DNA of 32,000 bases from Archaeoglobus fulgidus DSM 4304 (GCF_000008665.1 NC_000917.1:150001-182000), one strand, 5' to 3'. Shown: positions 1 to 10,087, counted from the stretch's first letter. The notes: generated by a model from the sequence alone, not told the origin. Made by a program: numbers and translations.

Positions 1-1
1 A

Positions 2-967
2 AACACGCTGGAGAGGGAGATGAAGGGAGAAATTCTGGAGGAGATGGAAAGCGTTGTGGCAGAACTCATAAAGGTTGGCCACACTCACTACAACAGAGAG
101 GAGATGCTCATTTTCCCCTACATCGAGAGGAGGGGGATTACTGCCATTCCAAACGTGTTGTGGTTCAAGCATGATGAGATAAGGGCTGCCCTGAGGGTTT
201 TGCACAGACTTCTTACCACAGACACGGGAGAGAGGTGGGAGGAGCACATCAAAAGAGTTGTGGAGAAAGCGAGGGAGGTTTCATCGGCAATGCTGGATAT
301 GGTTTTCAGGGAGAACAACATCTTCTACCCAACGCTAAAAGTTCTGCTCAGCGAGGGAGAGTGGAGGGCAATAAGGGAGCAGGAAGAGATAATAGGTTAC
401 TACAAGCTCAAGCCAGCAGAATGGAAGAGCGATGCCAAGCCCGTGCATCCTTACGAGATAGACACTACCATAACCGCAGAGCAGCTTATCAGCCTGCCAG
501 AAGAGGTGCAAAACTTGCTGAAGGGACAGCTCTTGAAGCCCGACAGTTATGAGGTAGTGAGGGAGGATGACTTAAGGCTTGATGAGGGATATCTCTCTCA
601 GAGAGAAATTAACGCCATTTTCAAAGCTCTGCCCTTTGACATAACCTTCGTTGACAGCAATGACAGGGTCAGGTTTTTCTCAGGGAGCGACAGGATATTC
701 GCAAGAACACCTTCCGTCATCGGGAGGAGAGTTCATTTATGCCACCCGCCGAGGAGCGTGCACATTGTTGATAAAATACTGAAGGCCTTCAGAAACGGGG
801 AGAGGGATTTTGCTGAGTTCTGGATAAACATGGGTGGGAGAATTATACACATAAGATACTTCGCCGTGAGGGATGAGGGGGAGTACCTTGGCACGGTGGA
901 GGTTGTTCAGGATGTGACGGAGATAAAAAGGCTTGAGGGCGAGAAGAGGCTGCTGGGGTGGAAGTAG
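2..967 (+). CDS. DUF438/PAS-domain sensor-like protein, probably 5'-truncated by the window edge
   Basis: ORF 20..967; the frame is open to the window start (NTLERE-MKGEILEEM). N-terminal His-rich helical part (GHTHYNREEMLIFPYIERRG), C-terminal PAS-like part (ITFVDSNDRVRFFSGSDRIFARTPSVIGRRVHLCHPPRSVHIVDKIL). Confidence 0.8.
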   Translation, partial: NTLEREMKGEILEEMESVVAELIKVGHTHYNREEMLIFPYIERRGITAIPNVLWFKHDEIRAALRVLHRLLTTDTGERWEEHIKRVVEKAREVSSAMLDMVFRENNIFYPTLKVLLSEGEWRAIREQEEIIGYYKLKPAEWKSDAKPVHPYEIDTTITAEQLISLPEEVQNLLKGQLLKPDSYEVVREDDLRLDEGYLSQREINAIFKALPFDITFVDSNDRVRFFSGSDRIFARTPSVIGRRVHLCHPPRSVHIVDKILKAFRNGERDFAEFWINMGGRIIHIRYFAVRDEGEYLGTVEVVQDVTEIKRLEGEKRLLGWK

Positions 968-970
968 AAG

Positions 971-1527
971 ATGAAAGAAAGAGTTCCTCCCGGTCAGAGG
1001 GTTTTTGACAAACTCCCGGTGCTGCAATACAGGGGCATCCCGCACATCGACATTGAGGAGTGGAGATTTAGGGTTTACGGGCTGGTTTCAAGGGAGCTTA
1101 CCTTTACCTACGAGGAGATGCTCGAACTCCCGCAGAAGGAGTTTAGGTGTGATGTTCACTGCGTAACGGGCTGGAGCAAGCTCGACTCCGTTTGGGAAGG
1201 TTTTGAAGCCTCTGAGATTATAAAGCTTTCAAAGCCCCTTGAAAACGCCCGATACGTGATGGTTCATTCAGCAGACGGCTACACAACCAACCTCTCCATA
1301 GAGGACTTCTCGAAGGGATTTTTCGCCATCAAAATGGATGGAAAGCCCTTATCTCTCGAGCACGGCTACCGCTCCGCTTGGTTGTGCCACACCTCTACTT
1401 CTGGAAGAGCGCCAAGTGGGTTACGGCAGTGGAGTTTATGGCGGAAGAGAGGCTGGGATTCTGGGAGAGCAGGGGTTACCATATCAGGGGTGACCCGTGG
1501 AAGGAGGAGAGGTACAGCAGGACCTAA
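971..1527 (+). pseudogene. Sulfite-oxidase-fold molybdopterin-binding oxidoreductase, interrupted by a 1-nt frameshift near 1370
   Basis: PHIDIEEWRFRVYGLVSRELTFTYEEMLELPQKEFRCDVHCVTGWSKLDSVWEG is typical of the Oxidored_molyb family. After HGY the frame changes; the adjacent frame reads [51 protein letters not shown] ending at 1527. Confidence 0.85.
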
Positions 1528-1572
1528 AATCTTAGGGAGAATCCTTATCCCCCCAAGTCTTAACTCACCTCC

Positions 1573-2226
1573 ATGAGGCTTTTGCCAAAAATGGGGGGCG
1601 TGATAAGCATCTGGTTAACCTCAACGCTCCTGGCGATGAAATACCTCACACCTCTTAATTTAGCAATAGCGCTGCTTTCCCTGCTGTCAGTAAACCCGCT
1701 CATGTATATGAAGAAAGATTTTTCACTCGTTTTTCCAATTCTCCTTTCAGCGTTGGCAGCATACATCCTCTACCTTAACCCCACTACCATCTACTTCCTC
1801 CTCGCTTACTCGATCCTCTTCATAGCGCTCAAATTCGTGAATGAGTGGAGAATTGAGACGAAAATCGGTGCCTTCGCTCTCACCTTCCCCTTTCCGATGA
1901 TGGCCTTGGCTTACGGGGCGGGCCTGATGGAAATATTGGCACCATTAACCCTCTTGTTCTCTCTAACAGCCTTCAACCTTTTTCTTGCTGACTCAAGAAT
2001 TTACGGCAGAGTTTCGGCAAAGAACTACCTCGCGATTATACCCCTCGCCCTTATTTTCTACATCCTCTCCCATCCAGTCCTTGCGGCAGCTGTGACAGCA
2101 GCGGCGATAGTTGTAACGGTAAAAGCAAACAGCATTAGTGTTAGGAGCTTCGGATTTTCACTGCTTTTTCTGAATCTGCTCTTCGTCGTCGGGTTTTTAG
2201 CTCTGGACTTTGCTGGGCTTCTCTAA
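1573..2226 (+). CDS. Polytopic membrane protein, YwiC-like
   Basis: 217-aa ORF with many hydrophobic segments; N-terminus LLPK..G resembles YwiC-like proteins. Confidence 0.6.
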   Translation: MRLLPKMGGVISIWLTSTLLAMKYLTPLNLAIALLSLLSVNPLMYMKKDFSLVFPILLSALAAYILYLNPTTIYFLLAYSILFIALKFVNEWRIETKIGAFALTFPFPMMALAYGAGLMEILAPLTLLFSLTAFNLFLADSRIYGRVSAKNYLAIIPLALIFYILSHPVLAAAVTAAAIVVTVKANSISVRSFGFSLLFLNLLFVVGFLALDFAGLL

Positions 2227-2676
2227 AAATTTTCTAAAAGCCCTTGCGAAGGTCGCATAAATTTCTGATTTCTCCTCAACACACTTAGCAAATTCTAAAA
2301 ACCAGTCTCTAAAATCGGAGAGAAGCTCTGGATTCATTGAAAGAAACTCAAGCTCGACTGATATGTGGTCTGGTGGTTCAGACTCGTAAACGTAGTTAAG
2401 ACCGTATTTCGAGTATAGCTCAGCTGCTCTGAGGGATGCTTTTCCGTAAACGCTCCCCTCCTCGAAGTAGGATTGGTATGGAGGGCACGGAACTGAGGGG
2501 TGTGAGGAAATAAAAAGAGAAGTGTATTCAACCTGAAGTGCTTCAATGTCAACCTGTTTCAAAGTTTGAGCAATCTCTGTAAGGCCAATGCCCTCTGCAA
2601 GCGCTATGGCTTTTCCGAGCTTGTCCTCATCAGGATAGGAAAAAATCAGCGAGAAAAGCTTAAGATGCTCTCTCAT
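2197..2676 (-). CDS. TorD/DmsD/NarJ-type molybdoenzyme maturation chaperone
   Basis: FSLIFSYPDEDKL..., VPCPPYQSYFEEGSVYG, PPDHISVELEFLSMN motifs; downstream of the molybdoenzyme operon. Confidence 0.85.
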   Translation of the reverse strand: MREHLKLFSLIFSYPDEDKLGKAIALAEGIGLTEIAQTLKQVDIEALQVEYTSLFISSHPSVPCPPYQSYFEEGSVYGKASLRAAELYSKYGLNYVYESEPPDHISVELEFLSMNPELLSDFRDWFLEFAKCVEEKSEIYATFARAFRKFLEKPSKVQS

Positions 2677-3896
2677 GCCTTCTCACCCACATCTTTGAGA
2701 GGAAGAGCCTTAAGCAGAGTCAGCAGGACCAAACTCAGTACGGCAACAATTCCGACCGTTACTGCAATTTCAACTGCAGACGGTGAGTAGCTCCAGTAAT
2801 CCACGAAAACAGGCTGAGGGCTGAACAGGTCACCCCTCACCTCTCCTACAGCGATAGGATACTGCCATCCCTCGATGCTGAAGGCAAAGACGTTGTAGGC
2901 AGGAGGCATCAGTAGAAATCTGTGGAGGAGGACACCCACGTTGACAGACACGCTACCAATAATTAGCCTTGCACGGGTCGTCGCCTTGGCCAGCACGATG
3001 GCTGAGAAGAGGATAAACAGAACTTCGAGGAAGTGTATGTGGAGGTAATCTCTGAAGACAATAGCCAGAGCCTCGTATTCCAGCCCTTCTCCCCACCAGT
3101 ATCTGACGAGGAAGTCGTTGTAGTACATGAAAAGGAGAGCAGCGGATGATGCTGCAGAAATCTTGCCGAGAAGTCTGTAGGCATTTTTAAGCCTATCTTC
3201 ATAACCATAAACGAAGAGGGATGCAAGTATTACAACGGCAGGCCCTGTGGCGATTGCAGCTGCGATGAAAGTTGGGGCGAGCAGCCCGCCATACCACCAC
3301 GGCCTCGAAAGTTGCGTTGCGAGAACCCAAGCCGTCACGGTGTGGATGAGTATGGCGAAGGGGAGGGCTATCGGAGCAAGAACTTTCGCATACTTCTCGG
3401 ACTTTTGCCTTAAAGACTCTAAATCAGTCGCATCTTTCTTTAGAAAACCTAAGACTCCCCTCTCAGCAATTCTCGGCATCAGAAGAACGTAGGTGTAAAT
3501 GGCCGAAAGGAAAGCGTAGGTTGAGAGTACTATCAGGTCCCAGGGTAGAAGAGATGAGAAGTTGGGGTAAAGAAACATGTTCAGTATTCTGTCCACCCTA
3601 CCGAGGTCGGGTAGAACCATAACCATCGCACCGACAGCGAAGATGAAGGCAGTCGTTGATGCCACTGGCGCTATGGGCTTGAATTCTCTTGCCCCGAAGA
3701 TGTATATCGCAGATGACACAACAAGACCACCAGCAGCCGTTCCGACAAAAAATGCCCACATCGCAATGTAGAGCCCCCAGCTAAAGGGATTCCGCATGTT
3801 CGTTACTATCAATCCTTCCTGAAGCTGATACAGCCATGCTGCCATTCCCAGTGCTGCTAAGGCAACCAGAACCGCAACTAAAGCTTTAAACTTCAC
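2673..3896 (-). CDS. NrfD/PsrC-type membrane anchor subunit
   Basis: 407-aa polytopic protein; NPFSWGLYIAMWAFFVGTAAGGLVVSSAIYIFG; overlaps neighbours by 4 nt. Confidence 0.9.
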   Translation of the reverse strand: MKFKALVAVLVALAALGMAAWLYQLQEGLIVTNMRNPFSWGLYIAMWAFFVGTAAGGLVVSSAIYIFGAREFKPIAPVASTTAFIFAVGAMVMVLPDLGRVDRILNMFLYPNFSSLLPWDLIVLSTYAFLSAIYTYVLLMPRIAERGVLGFLKKDATDLESLRQKSEKYAKVLAPIALPFAILIHTVTAWVLATQLSRPWWYGGLLAPTFIAAAIATGPAVVILASLFVYGYEDRLKNAYRLLGKISAASSAALLFMYYNDFLVRYWWGEGLEYEALAIVFRDYLHIHFLEVLFILFSAIVLAKATTRARLIIGSVSVNVGVLLHRFLLMPPAYNVFAFSIEGWQYPIAVGEVRGDLFSPQPVFVDYWSYSPSAVEIAVTVGIVAVLSLVLLTLLKALPLKDVGEKA

Positions 3897-4648
3897 AATT
3901 TCACCTCCAGTTCTGGAGAATACCTAACTTCTCCTCTTTCAGCCCTTTTCATAGGTAAAAGGTAGAACACCTTTGGCTCCGTCCCCAAATCTTCCAGCAA
4001 TCTCGTGTGTGCCCCGTCCCTCAACACCTTTGAAATCTCACTGTTAGGGTCATCGAGGTCTCCGAAAATCCTCGCATTCCCTGGACAGCCTCTAACACAT
4101 GCGGGCTTTAGACCTTTGTCAATATACTGCACACAGAATGTGCACTTTTCAACCACTCCTCTTGGTCTCTTGGGCGTGTAAACCAGCCTTCCGTCTTTGG
4201 TTCTGTGATCAATGGGATATCCGTGCCTGTATCCTTCTACGTACTCACCTTCAAATCCTGCCGCCTTGAAACCTTTCTCTACCGCCTTATCCTTATCTTC
4301 CCAGTTAAACTGCCTCACACCATAAGGGCAGGCAGTCATGCAGTACCTGCAGCCAATGCACCTCTCAAAGTCCACCAGCACAACCCCGTCCTCTCTTTTC
4401 CACGTTGCACCGACGGGGCATACCTTAACGCAGGGTGGATTATCGCAATGCATGCAGGGGACTGGGAGGTAAAGTTCAGTCAGATTGGGGTAATCTCCCG
4501 ACGGAGTTTGATGTTCTTTGCTCCCTACGGTCTCAACTCTGTGCCACCAAGTGCCCGGCGGGAGAGAGTTGTGAATTTTGCAAATAACAGCGCAGCTTCT
4601 GCAGCCTATACATCTGTTCAGGTCTATAACCATTCCATACCTCACCAT
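3893..4648 (-). CDS. 4Fe-4S ferredoxin electron-transfer subunit (DmsB/PsrB/NarH-like)
   Basis: Repeated Cys motifs: CIGCRSCAVICK, CMHCDNPPCVKVCP, CIGCRYCMTACPYG, CTFCVQYIDKGLKPACVRGCP. Confidence 0.95.
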   Translation of the reverse strand: MVRYGMVIDLNRCIGCRSCAVICKIHNSLPPGTWWHRVETVGSKEHQTPSGDYPNLTELYLPVPCMHCDNPPCVKVCPVGATWKREDGVVLVDFERCIGCRYCMTACPYGVRQFNWEDKDKAVEKGFKAAGFEGEYVEGYRHGYPIDHRTKDGRLVYTPKRPRGVVEKCTFCVQYIDKGLKPACVRGCPGNARIFGDLDDPNSEISKVLRDGAHTRLLEDLGTEPKVFYLLPMKRAERGEVRYSPELEVKL

Positions 4649-4652
4649 GCAC

Positions 4653-7343
4653 CTACACCTCCACCTTCCTTACTGCACACGCAACCTCATTCCACGCTGT
4701 AGTGGGTTCCCAGATGCCGGGGACGAAGTAGACAATATGGGTTGGTTTAATCCAGGGGAAGGTCAGGCTGTTGTAGGATGTTCCTCTCAAATATCTGCTC
4801 CACCAGCCCTGCTCGAATATGATTACCGAGGGATGCAGTCCCTCATCCAGTACGGCATAGCCGTATACCCTGCCCCTGTCGTTGTAAACCTCTACAAGGT
4901 CTCCCTCAGCAATTCCGTTCTCCTTTGCTGTTATAGGATGCAACCAAACTCTCGGCCTGAAGTCCTGAAGCTCAAGCATCGTTATGTTGTTGCTGTGGGT
5001 GGAGTGAACTCTGTAGAGCGCGTTTCTGGTGATGTAAAAGTACCTGTATTTCCTCTTCGCTTCGGGATTCAGCCTGTACTCAGTATCAACAAACGGGTCT
5101 TTGTGAACTGGCAGAGTTTCCCCAAGGTCTATGAAAACGTCCTCCTCTTTGTAAAACTCAATTCTTCCACTTTTCACAAATCTCGCCGTTTTTTGAAGTG
5201 GAACAGGATAGGACTGGGGTGGGAAAGGCTTTTTAAGGTTTATCTGCTCCCAGAATGGAATCTGTCTTTTATTAGGGGTTGGCAGGTTCAATCTCACAGG
5301 TCCTTTTAGCAGTTTTTCAAGAGTTATCCCTTCCACAAGCTCGCCACCAGTCTTGAGCATGAGCTCGACAGCTTTCAGGGAGGCCTTATGTGCAATATTC
5401 CTTGCCAACCTGAAACTCCACGTCCCATCCTTTCTCGCCCTCTCCTCCTCATCGAAAAGCTCTGGATCAGGATAGAACTCAGAAATGCTGGATTTGAGCT
5501 CTTCATCGTTCCACTTCTGGACGAGTCTTTTGGCCAGCTCCTTGAAAATCCATATTTCTGGCATGCATTCGAAAAGTGGCTCGATCGCAGGCTGCTGGAG
5601 CTGGACGTAGGGATGGAGAATCGTTGCTGTTAGCTCGTACTTCTCGTACCATGCGACACCGGGCAACACCACATCTGCCCACTTGCATGAGGTCGTCATC
5701 TGGAAGTCTATCGCAACTATGAGTTCCAAGTCTCCATTCTCGGCGTATTCAATCATCCTGTTAGCCATGTTGTGCTGGTCGAAGGGATTGTTCCAGCCGA
5801 AGAGGAAAGCTTTAACATCGTTCTTAGGATAGGGGGTTTCTCTGTTGTATTTTTTGAACTCCTCGCTTTGCCTGTATTCCTTGTTCATCCAGAGGAGGTA
5901 GGTTACCCATTTATTCTTCCTACCCTTGAAGCTCCACCATGCTCCAAGAGGCCAGCGAATCTTGAACTGTCCAGCATATGTGGATATTCCTGCGCCACTC
6001 TTTCCGAGATTTCCTGTTAATGCAACAATCAGCGCCAGAGCCCTTCCCTTCAGGTCACCGTGGTACCACTGGTAATTACTCGCACCGTAGATGATGTGCA
6101 AAGGCTTTACGGTTGCCATTTCAAATGCAAGTCTTTTGATCATATCCACGTACTCGCCCTTATTTCTGTTTGGAGGAGTAATAATCTCAGCAACTTTTTC
6201 GGGGGTGTACTTCTGAACCTCCTCCTTTAGAAGCTGGAAAACCGGTTTTACCTTCACCCTTTTTCCGTCAACAAGCTCTACCTCAAATTCTCCTTCTATC
6301 GCAGGCTCAAAATCCCTCTCAAGGGTTTCTGGATTCACCGGCTTGAATCCCTCGTTGACGTCGTAAACGACGAACACATCTCTGTATTCTGGAACGTTTA
6401 GTTTTCCAGCAATCTCCTCAAGTTCCTTTACTTCCTTCGCCATCAGCCTTTTCTGGGTGTCCATTCTCACCAGCAGCGGCATGTCGGTGTATGTTTTGAT
6501 GAATTCCTCGTCATAGAGTCTGTTTTCAATTATCTCTCTCGCTATTGCCAGCGCGAAAGCTGAGTCGGTTGAAGGATTTATCTGCACCCATTCATCAGCC
6601 TTAGCTGCTGTGGGGCTGAAGTTCGGGTCCACTACAACAACCTTCGCCCCCCTCTCCGCAGCGATGTTTACGAACTTTGCATCTGGAAGGCGGGTGACCA
6701 TTATATTGGAGCCGAAAATGGCTATATACTTCGAGTTGGTCCATTCAAGGGACTCGAACTCCTCCGTTTGAACTCCGAAGGTTTGTGACCAGAAGGCTGG
6801 CAGGTCTCCATTCATCGTATAGCCGTGCAAAGCACTCCATCCGAACATGGATGCGAGTCTCATCATAGCCCCTTTGTGAACGTAGCCAGTCCCTGGAACC
6901 TGAATCGAAATTGCCACCGATTCCGGACCGTGTCGCTTCATTATGTCAGCCAGCCTGTCTGCAACGTAATCCAAAGCCTCATCCCAGCTCACAGCTTTGA
7001 ATTTCCCCTCTCCTCTTTTTCCCACCCTGATTAACGGCCTTTTCAACCTGTCCGGACCGTAAATCAAGTTCATCATTGACTGTCCCCTGAGACATCCCCT
7101 TGGGTTATATTCAGGCTCAGGATAATCTGCTGCCTGAGTGAGTGTCTCGATTCTGCCGTTGTAAACAAGCGCATCAAAACCGCATGCTCCCGTGCAGTTT
7201 GGTGAGCAAACCGACCTCACAGTTTTGATTTCGCCTGCATTTTGCTGCACTCCACGACTTTTCTGGAAGTAGCCAAGACCTAAACCGGAAGCAAAAGCAG
7301 TCGCTGCAGAGAGCTTGATAAAGTCTCTCCTGCTTACCTTCAT
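4653..7343 (-). CDS. Molybdopterin oxidoreductase catalytic subunit (DMSO reductase superfamily), Tat-exported
   Basis: Twin-arginine-type leader MKVSRRDFIKLSAATAFASG; CSPNCTGAC..C FeS motif; NPRGCLRG; 896 aa. Confidence 0.95.
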   Translation of the reverse strand: MKVSRRDFIKLSAATAFASGLGLGYFQKSRGVQQNAGEIKTVRSVCSPNCTGACGFDALVYNGRIETLTQAADYPEPEYNPRGCLRGQSMMNLIYGPDRLKRPLIRVGKRGEGKFKAVSWDEALDYVADRLADIMKRHGPESVAISIQVPGTGYVHKGAMMRLASMFGWSALHGYTMNGDLPAFWSQTFGVQTEEFESLEWTNSKYIAIFGSNIMVTRLPDAKFVNIAAERGAKVVVVDPNFSPTAAKADEWVQINPSTDSAFALAIAREIIENRLYDEEFIKTYTDMPLLVRMDTQKRLMAKEVKELEEIAGKLNVPEYRDVFVVYDVNEGFKPVNPETLERDFEPAIEGEFEVELVDGKRVKVKPVFQLLKEEVQKYTPEKVAEIITPPNRNKGEYVDMIKRLAFEMATVKPLHIIYGASNYQWYHGDLKGRALALIVALTGNLGKSGAGISTYAGQFKIRWPLGAWWSFKGRKNKWVTYLLWMNKEYRQSEEFKKYNRETPYPKNDVKAFLFGWNNPFDQHNMANRMIEYAENGDLELIVAIDFQMTTSCKWADVVLPGVAWYEKYELTATILHPYVQLQQPAIEPLFECMPEIWIFKELAKRLVQKWNDEELKSSISEFYPDPELFDEEERARKDGTWSFRLARNIAHKASLKAVELMLKTGGELVEGITLEKLLKGPVRLNLPTPNKRQIPFWEQINLKKPFPPQSYPVPLQKTARFVKSGRIEFYKEEDVFIDLGETLPVHKDPFVDTEYRLNPEAKRKYRYFYITRNALYRVHSTHSNNITMLELQDFRPRVWLHPITAKENGIAEGDLVEVYNDRGRVYGYAVLDEGLHPSVIIFEQGWWSRYLRGTSYNSLTFPWIKPTHIVYFVPGIWEPTTAWNEVACAVRKVEV

Positions 7344-7401
7344 AAATAGTGTCTTTTTGGCAAGGTCATAAGGTTTTTCCCTAAAATATTAGGAAAAATT
7401 G

Positions 7402-7971
7402 CTACTCAAAATACCCCTTTCCAGCACACATAAAGCAAACCATCCTTCCATCAACCTCAGCGACGTAATCAGATGGCTGAAGCTCCCCGCATTTCTCACA
7501 TTCAACTATTGGCTCCTTTGTCCCACCCACAGGTATCGTCAGCCTTATTTCTCTAACCTCAAAGTATTCAGGCTCAAGGTTCAGAAACTCCTCAGCCAGC
7601 CTTTTCTCCTCCTCTTTGTTCAGCTTTCCAAGCCTGTAGAGGAATTTCTTTATCAGCTCAGACTTCTTGGCCGCCTCTTTCTTAATCGTCACCCTATAGC
7701 CTTCTCTGGTGTCAAACCTCACAATCGCCAAAGCGAGCTTTCCGTAGTCCTTCACAATCAAATTCCTGTTGCCGGGTGTGGTTCCTGCAACGACCTGCAG
7801 AGCATCGGGCAGGCACATTGCTGTCTCGGCAATCCCAACAAGCCCCTTCCCTCTGAAGTTCACACCAAGCTTTTCGTATGCAATTTGGGCCATCTTTATG
7901 CCCAGAGCCACTCCGGGGCTGAGGTGGCTGTGAAGCTTTGCCGCAAACTCAAGCATCTCGTTTCTGTCCAT
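7402..7971 (-). CDS. FmdE/FwdE-like protein with C-terminal zinc-ribbon
   Basis: SPGVALGIKMAQIAYEKLG, CLPDALQVVAGTTPGNRNL and terminal CEKCGELQPSDYVAEVDGRMVCFMC. Confidence 0.85.
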   Translation of the reverse strand: MDRNEMLEFAAKLHSHLSPGVALGIKMAQIAYEKLGVNFRGKGLVGIAETAMCLPDALQVVAGTTPGNRNLIVKDYGKLALAIVRFDTREGYRVTIKKEAAKKSELIKKFLYRLGKLNKEEEKRLAEEFLNLEPEYFEVREIRLTIPVGGTKEPIVECEKCGELQPSDYVAEVDGRMVCFMCAGKGYFE

Positions 7972-8093
7972 GGACTCTTAAAAACTCATTAGCTTTAAAT
8001 TATTTTTGAACGGTGTTAAGTTGCCTAATTCGATTATTTTTAATCATGTAAAAACACCGTTAAATTTAAATACAGCGTTTGGTTTGAAAAATC

Positions 8094-9376
8094 ATGGAAA
8101 TTGTGTATTGGGAAGAGCTGGGAAAGAGACTGGGAAGTTTCGAGGTGAAGAAGGATAAGGTCAGCTACAGGATTGCTCCCTTCACGCAGTGGAAGGTTCT
8201 CGTCGCAGATGAGAGGCGTGAGGTTGAGAAGGGGAAGCCTGAGCTTATAAGGCTGAGAGTGGCAGGATTCCTCAGAACACAATCGTTGCTCCGCTCTCAA
8301 TCGCCCCCCATGCGACGGGCACAACAGTTGACGTTGTTGAGGAAAAGCCGAGCAGAGTTGAGGAGGAGAAGAAGATAACTCACGCAGTCTTCCTGCCCGC
8401 TGAAGATGGAGTTGTGGAGGAAGGAGATATCGTTGGCATACTGAAGGTTTTCTTTGTCAGAACCGGGGCAATTGGAAAGAGACTGGGATTCAAGGCTGGA
8501 GACATAAGGATAAGGGAGGAGATAGTTCAGGCGAACCTGACGTGGAAGGAAGATGGAGAGATAAGGAGGGAGAGAATAAAGACGAGGTTTTTCGGCTACT
8601 TCAGGAGCCATGTTGCCGAGTGGGAGCCGGTGATAGCTGCAGAATCTGTTGATGTTGAGAGGGGTGAGGTTGCGAGAATAAAGATAAAGGAGATAACGCT
8701 GCCTGAATACACCGTCATAACGCCTCTCTTCATCAGGAGGCATGCCTTGGGCTCTTTAATTGATGTTGTTCAGCAGGGAAAGAGGAGGAAGGTTGAGGAG
8801 AAGAAGAGAATTGGCGAGGCAATTTTCCTGCCCGCAAGAAGCGGGAGAGTTGAGAAGGGAGACCTGCTGGGTGTGATTAATGTTTACTACATAGCAACAG
8901 AGAACTTCAGCGTTGGCAGAAGGGAAAAGGATGAGGTTCTTGCAAAGGTTGTTGATGAGAGGGGAAGAAAGGAGTTCAGAATCAAGCCCTTCGCCTACAG
9001 GAGGAAGACCATAGCGAGATGGGAGCCCATTGTTGCGGCAGAGAACCGAAAGGTCAGGAAGGGGGAGGTTGAGGAAATTGCGATAGAACCAATTAGCCTT
9101 GAGGAGAACACCATTGTCTATCCCCTCTACGTGATGAGAAACGCCTTTGGAAGTGTGGTTGATGTTGTTGAGGAAAGGCCGAGAAGAGTCGAGGAAAGAA
9201 GGGAGATTATAAAGGCAGTCTTCCTGCCAGTCTTCGACGGAGAAATAAGGAAGGGGCAGCTGCTTGGAGTTATGAACGTTTATAGCATTGAGGTTCAGCC
9301 CTACGAGGTGATATGGCGGTGGCTTGAGGAGTGGCAGGGAGAGTTCAGGAGATTGTTTGCAGAGGTGGTTGGATGA
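8094..9376 (+). pseudogene. Multi-repeat DUF22-like protein split into two ORFs by a 1-nt frameshift near 8270
   Basis: ORFs 8094..8378 and 8414..9376. The intervening alternative frame reads PQNTIVAPLSIAPHATGTTVDVVEEKPSRVEEEKKITHAVFLPAEDGVVEEGDIVG, matching the internal repeats LPEYTVITPLFIRRHALGSLIDVV and LEENTIVYPLYVMRNAFGSVVDVV. Confidence 0.85.
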
Positions 9377-10074
9377 GGGCGGTTGTGGTTCTCAGGGATG
9401 AAATAGAGCCAAGCTTTGATGCAGAGGAGATACATCTGCTGGTTCTGGAGAATGGCACAGGGGGAAGGGCGATTTCAGAGAAGGGAGAAATGAGGGCGAT
9501 GGCCAGAGACAAGATTAGGGCGATAAGGAGAGCAGAGAAGCTCTTTGAAAGATTTGAAGAATTCTACAACGTTTCGGGGCTGAGCATAGCCTTCGACAGA
9601 TTTGAGGATGAGCTAATCCACGCTGTTGAGTCGCTGGGGGCAGAGGTTGTTTACTTCTTCACCTCAATGCCCCTACCTGAAAGGCTGCTGTCTGAAAACG
9701 TCACTCTGGTTTTTCCGAGGGGAGGGCTTAGCTTCAACAAGGCTCTTTACGTCCACTCCTCCAGCACACCAAACACTGCATGGCTTGAAAGGGCAAAGGA
9801 GCTTTTCATTCTGGCAATAGTCCAGCCAACGATGCCTCCTGAAGCGTCATCGAGGAAGTTCAGGGAGGAGTTTGAGAGGATGGAGAGGGAAACAGAGGAG
9901 CTCTCATCTCATCTTAAGGCTGAAAGAGCTGTTATCAGGGGAAACATAGTTGAAGATACGCTGAGGTATTCAGAAAAGCACGGTGCAGACACCATATTCC
10001 TCAACAGGGGGCTGGGGAAGGAGAACATTGAAAAGATTGTGGAGAGGGCGAAGGCGAGTGTTGTGGTTGTTTAA
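9373..10074 (+). CDS. Hypothetical protein with possible UspA-like C-terminus
   Basis: ATGA overlap with upstream gene (ATG at 9373); MRAVVVLRDEIEPSFD... ending ...IVEDTLRYSEKHGADTIFLNRGLGKENIEKIVERAKASVVVV, resembling a universal-stress-protein tail. Confidence 0.7.
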   Translation: MRAVVVLRDEIEPSFDAEEIHLLVLENGTGGRAISEKGEMRAMARDKIRAIRRAEKLFERFEEFYNVSGLSIAFDRFEDELIHAVESLGAEVVYFFTSMPLPERLLSENVTLVFPRGGLSFNKALYVHSSSTPNTAWLERAKELFILAIVQPTMPPEASSRKFREEFERMERETEELSSHLKAERAVIRGNIVEDTLRYSEKHGADTIFLNRGLGKENIEKIVERAKASVVVV

Positions 10075-10087
10075 TTTTTATTTTATT

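Noticed and set aside
4578-5309. 243-aa plus-strand ORF antisense to the molybdoenzyme
   Set aside because: The minus-strand product has clear homology throughout; this is an overlapping shadow ORF.
7399-7992. 197-aa plus-strand ORF antisense to the FmdE-like gene
   Set aside because: Exact shadow of a conserved protein with a zinc ribbon.
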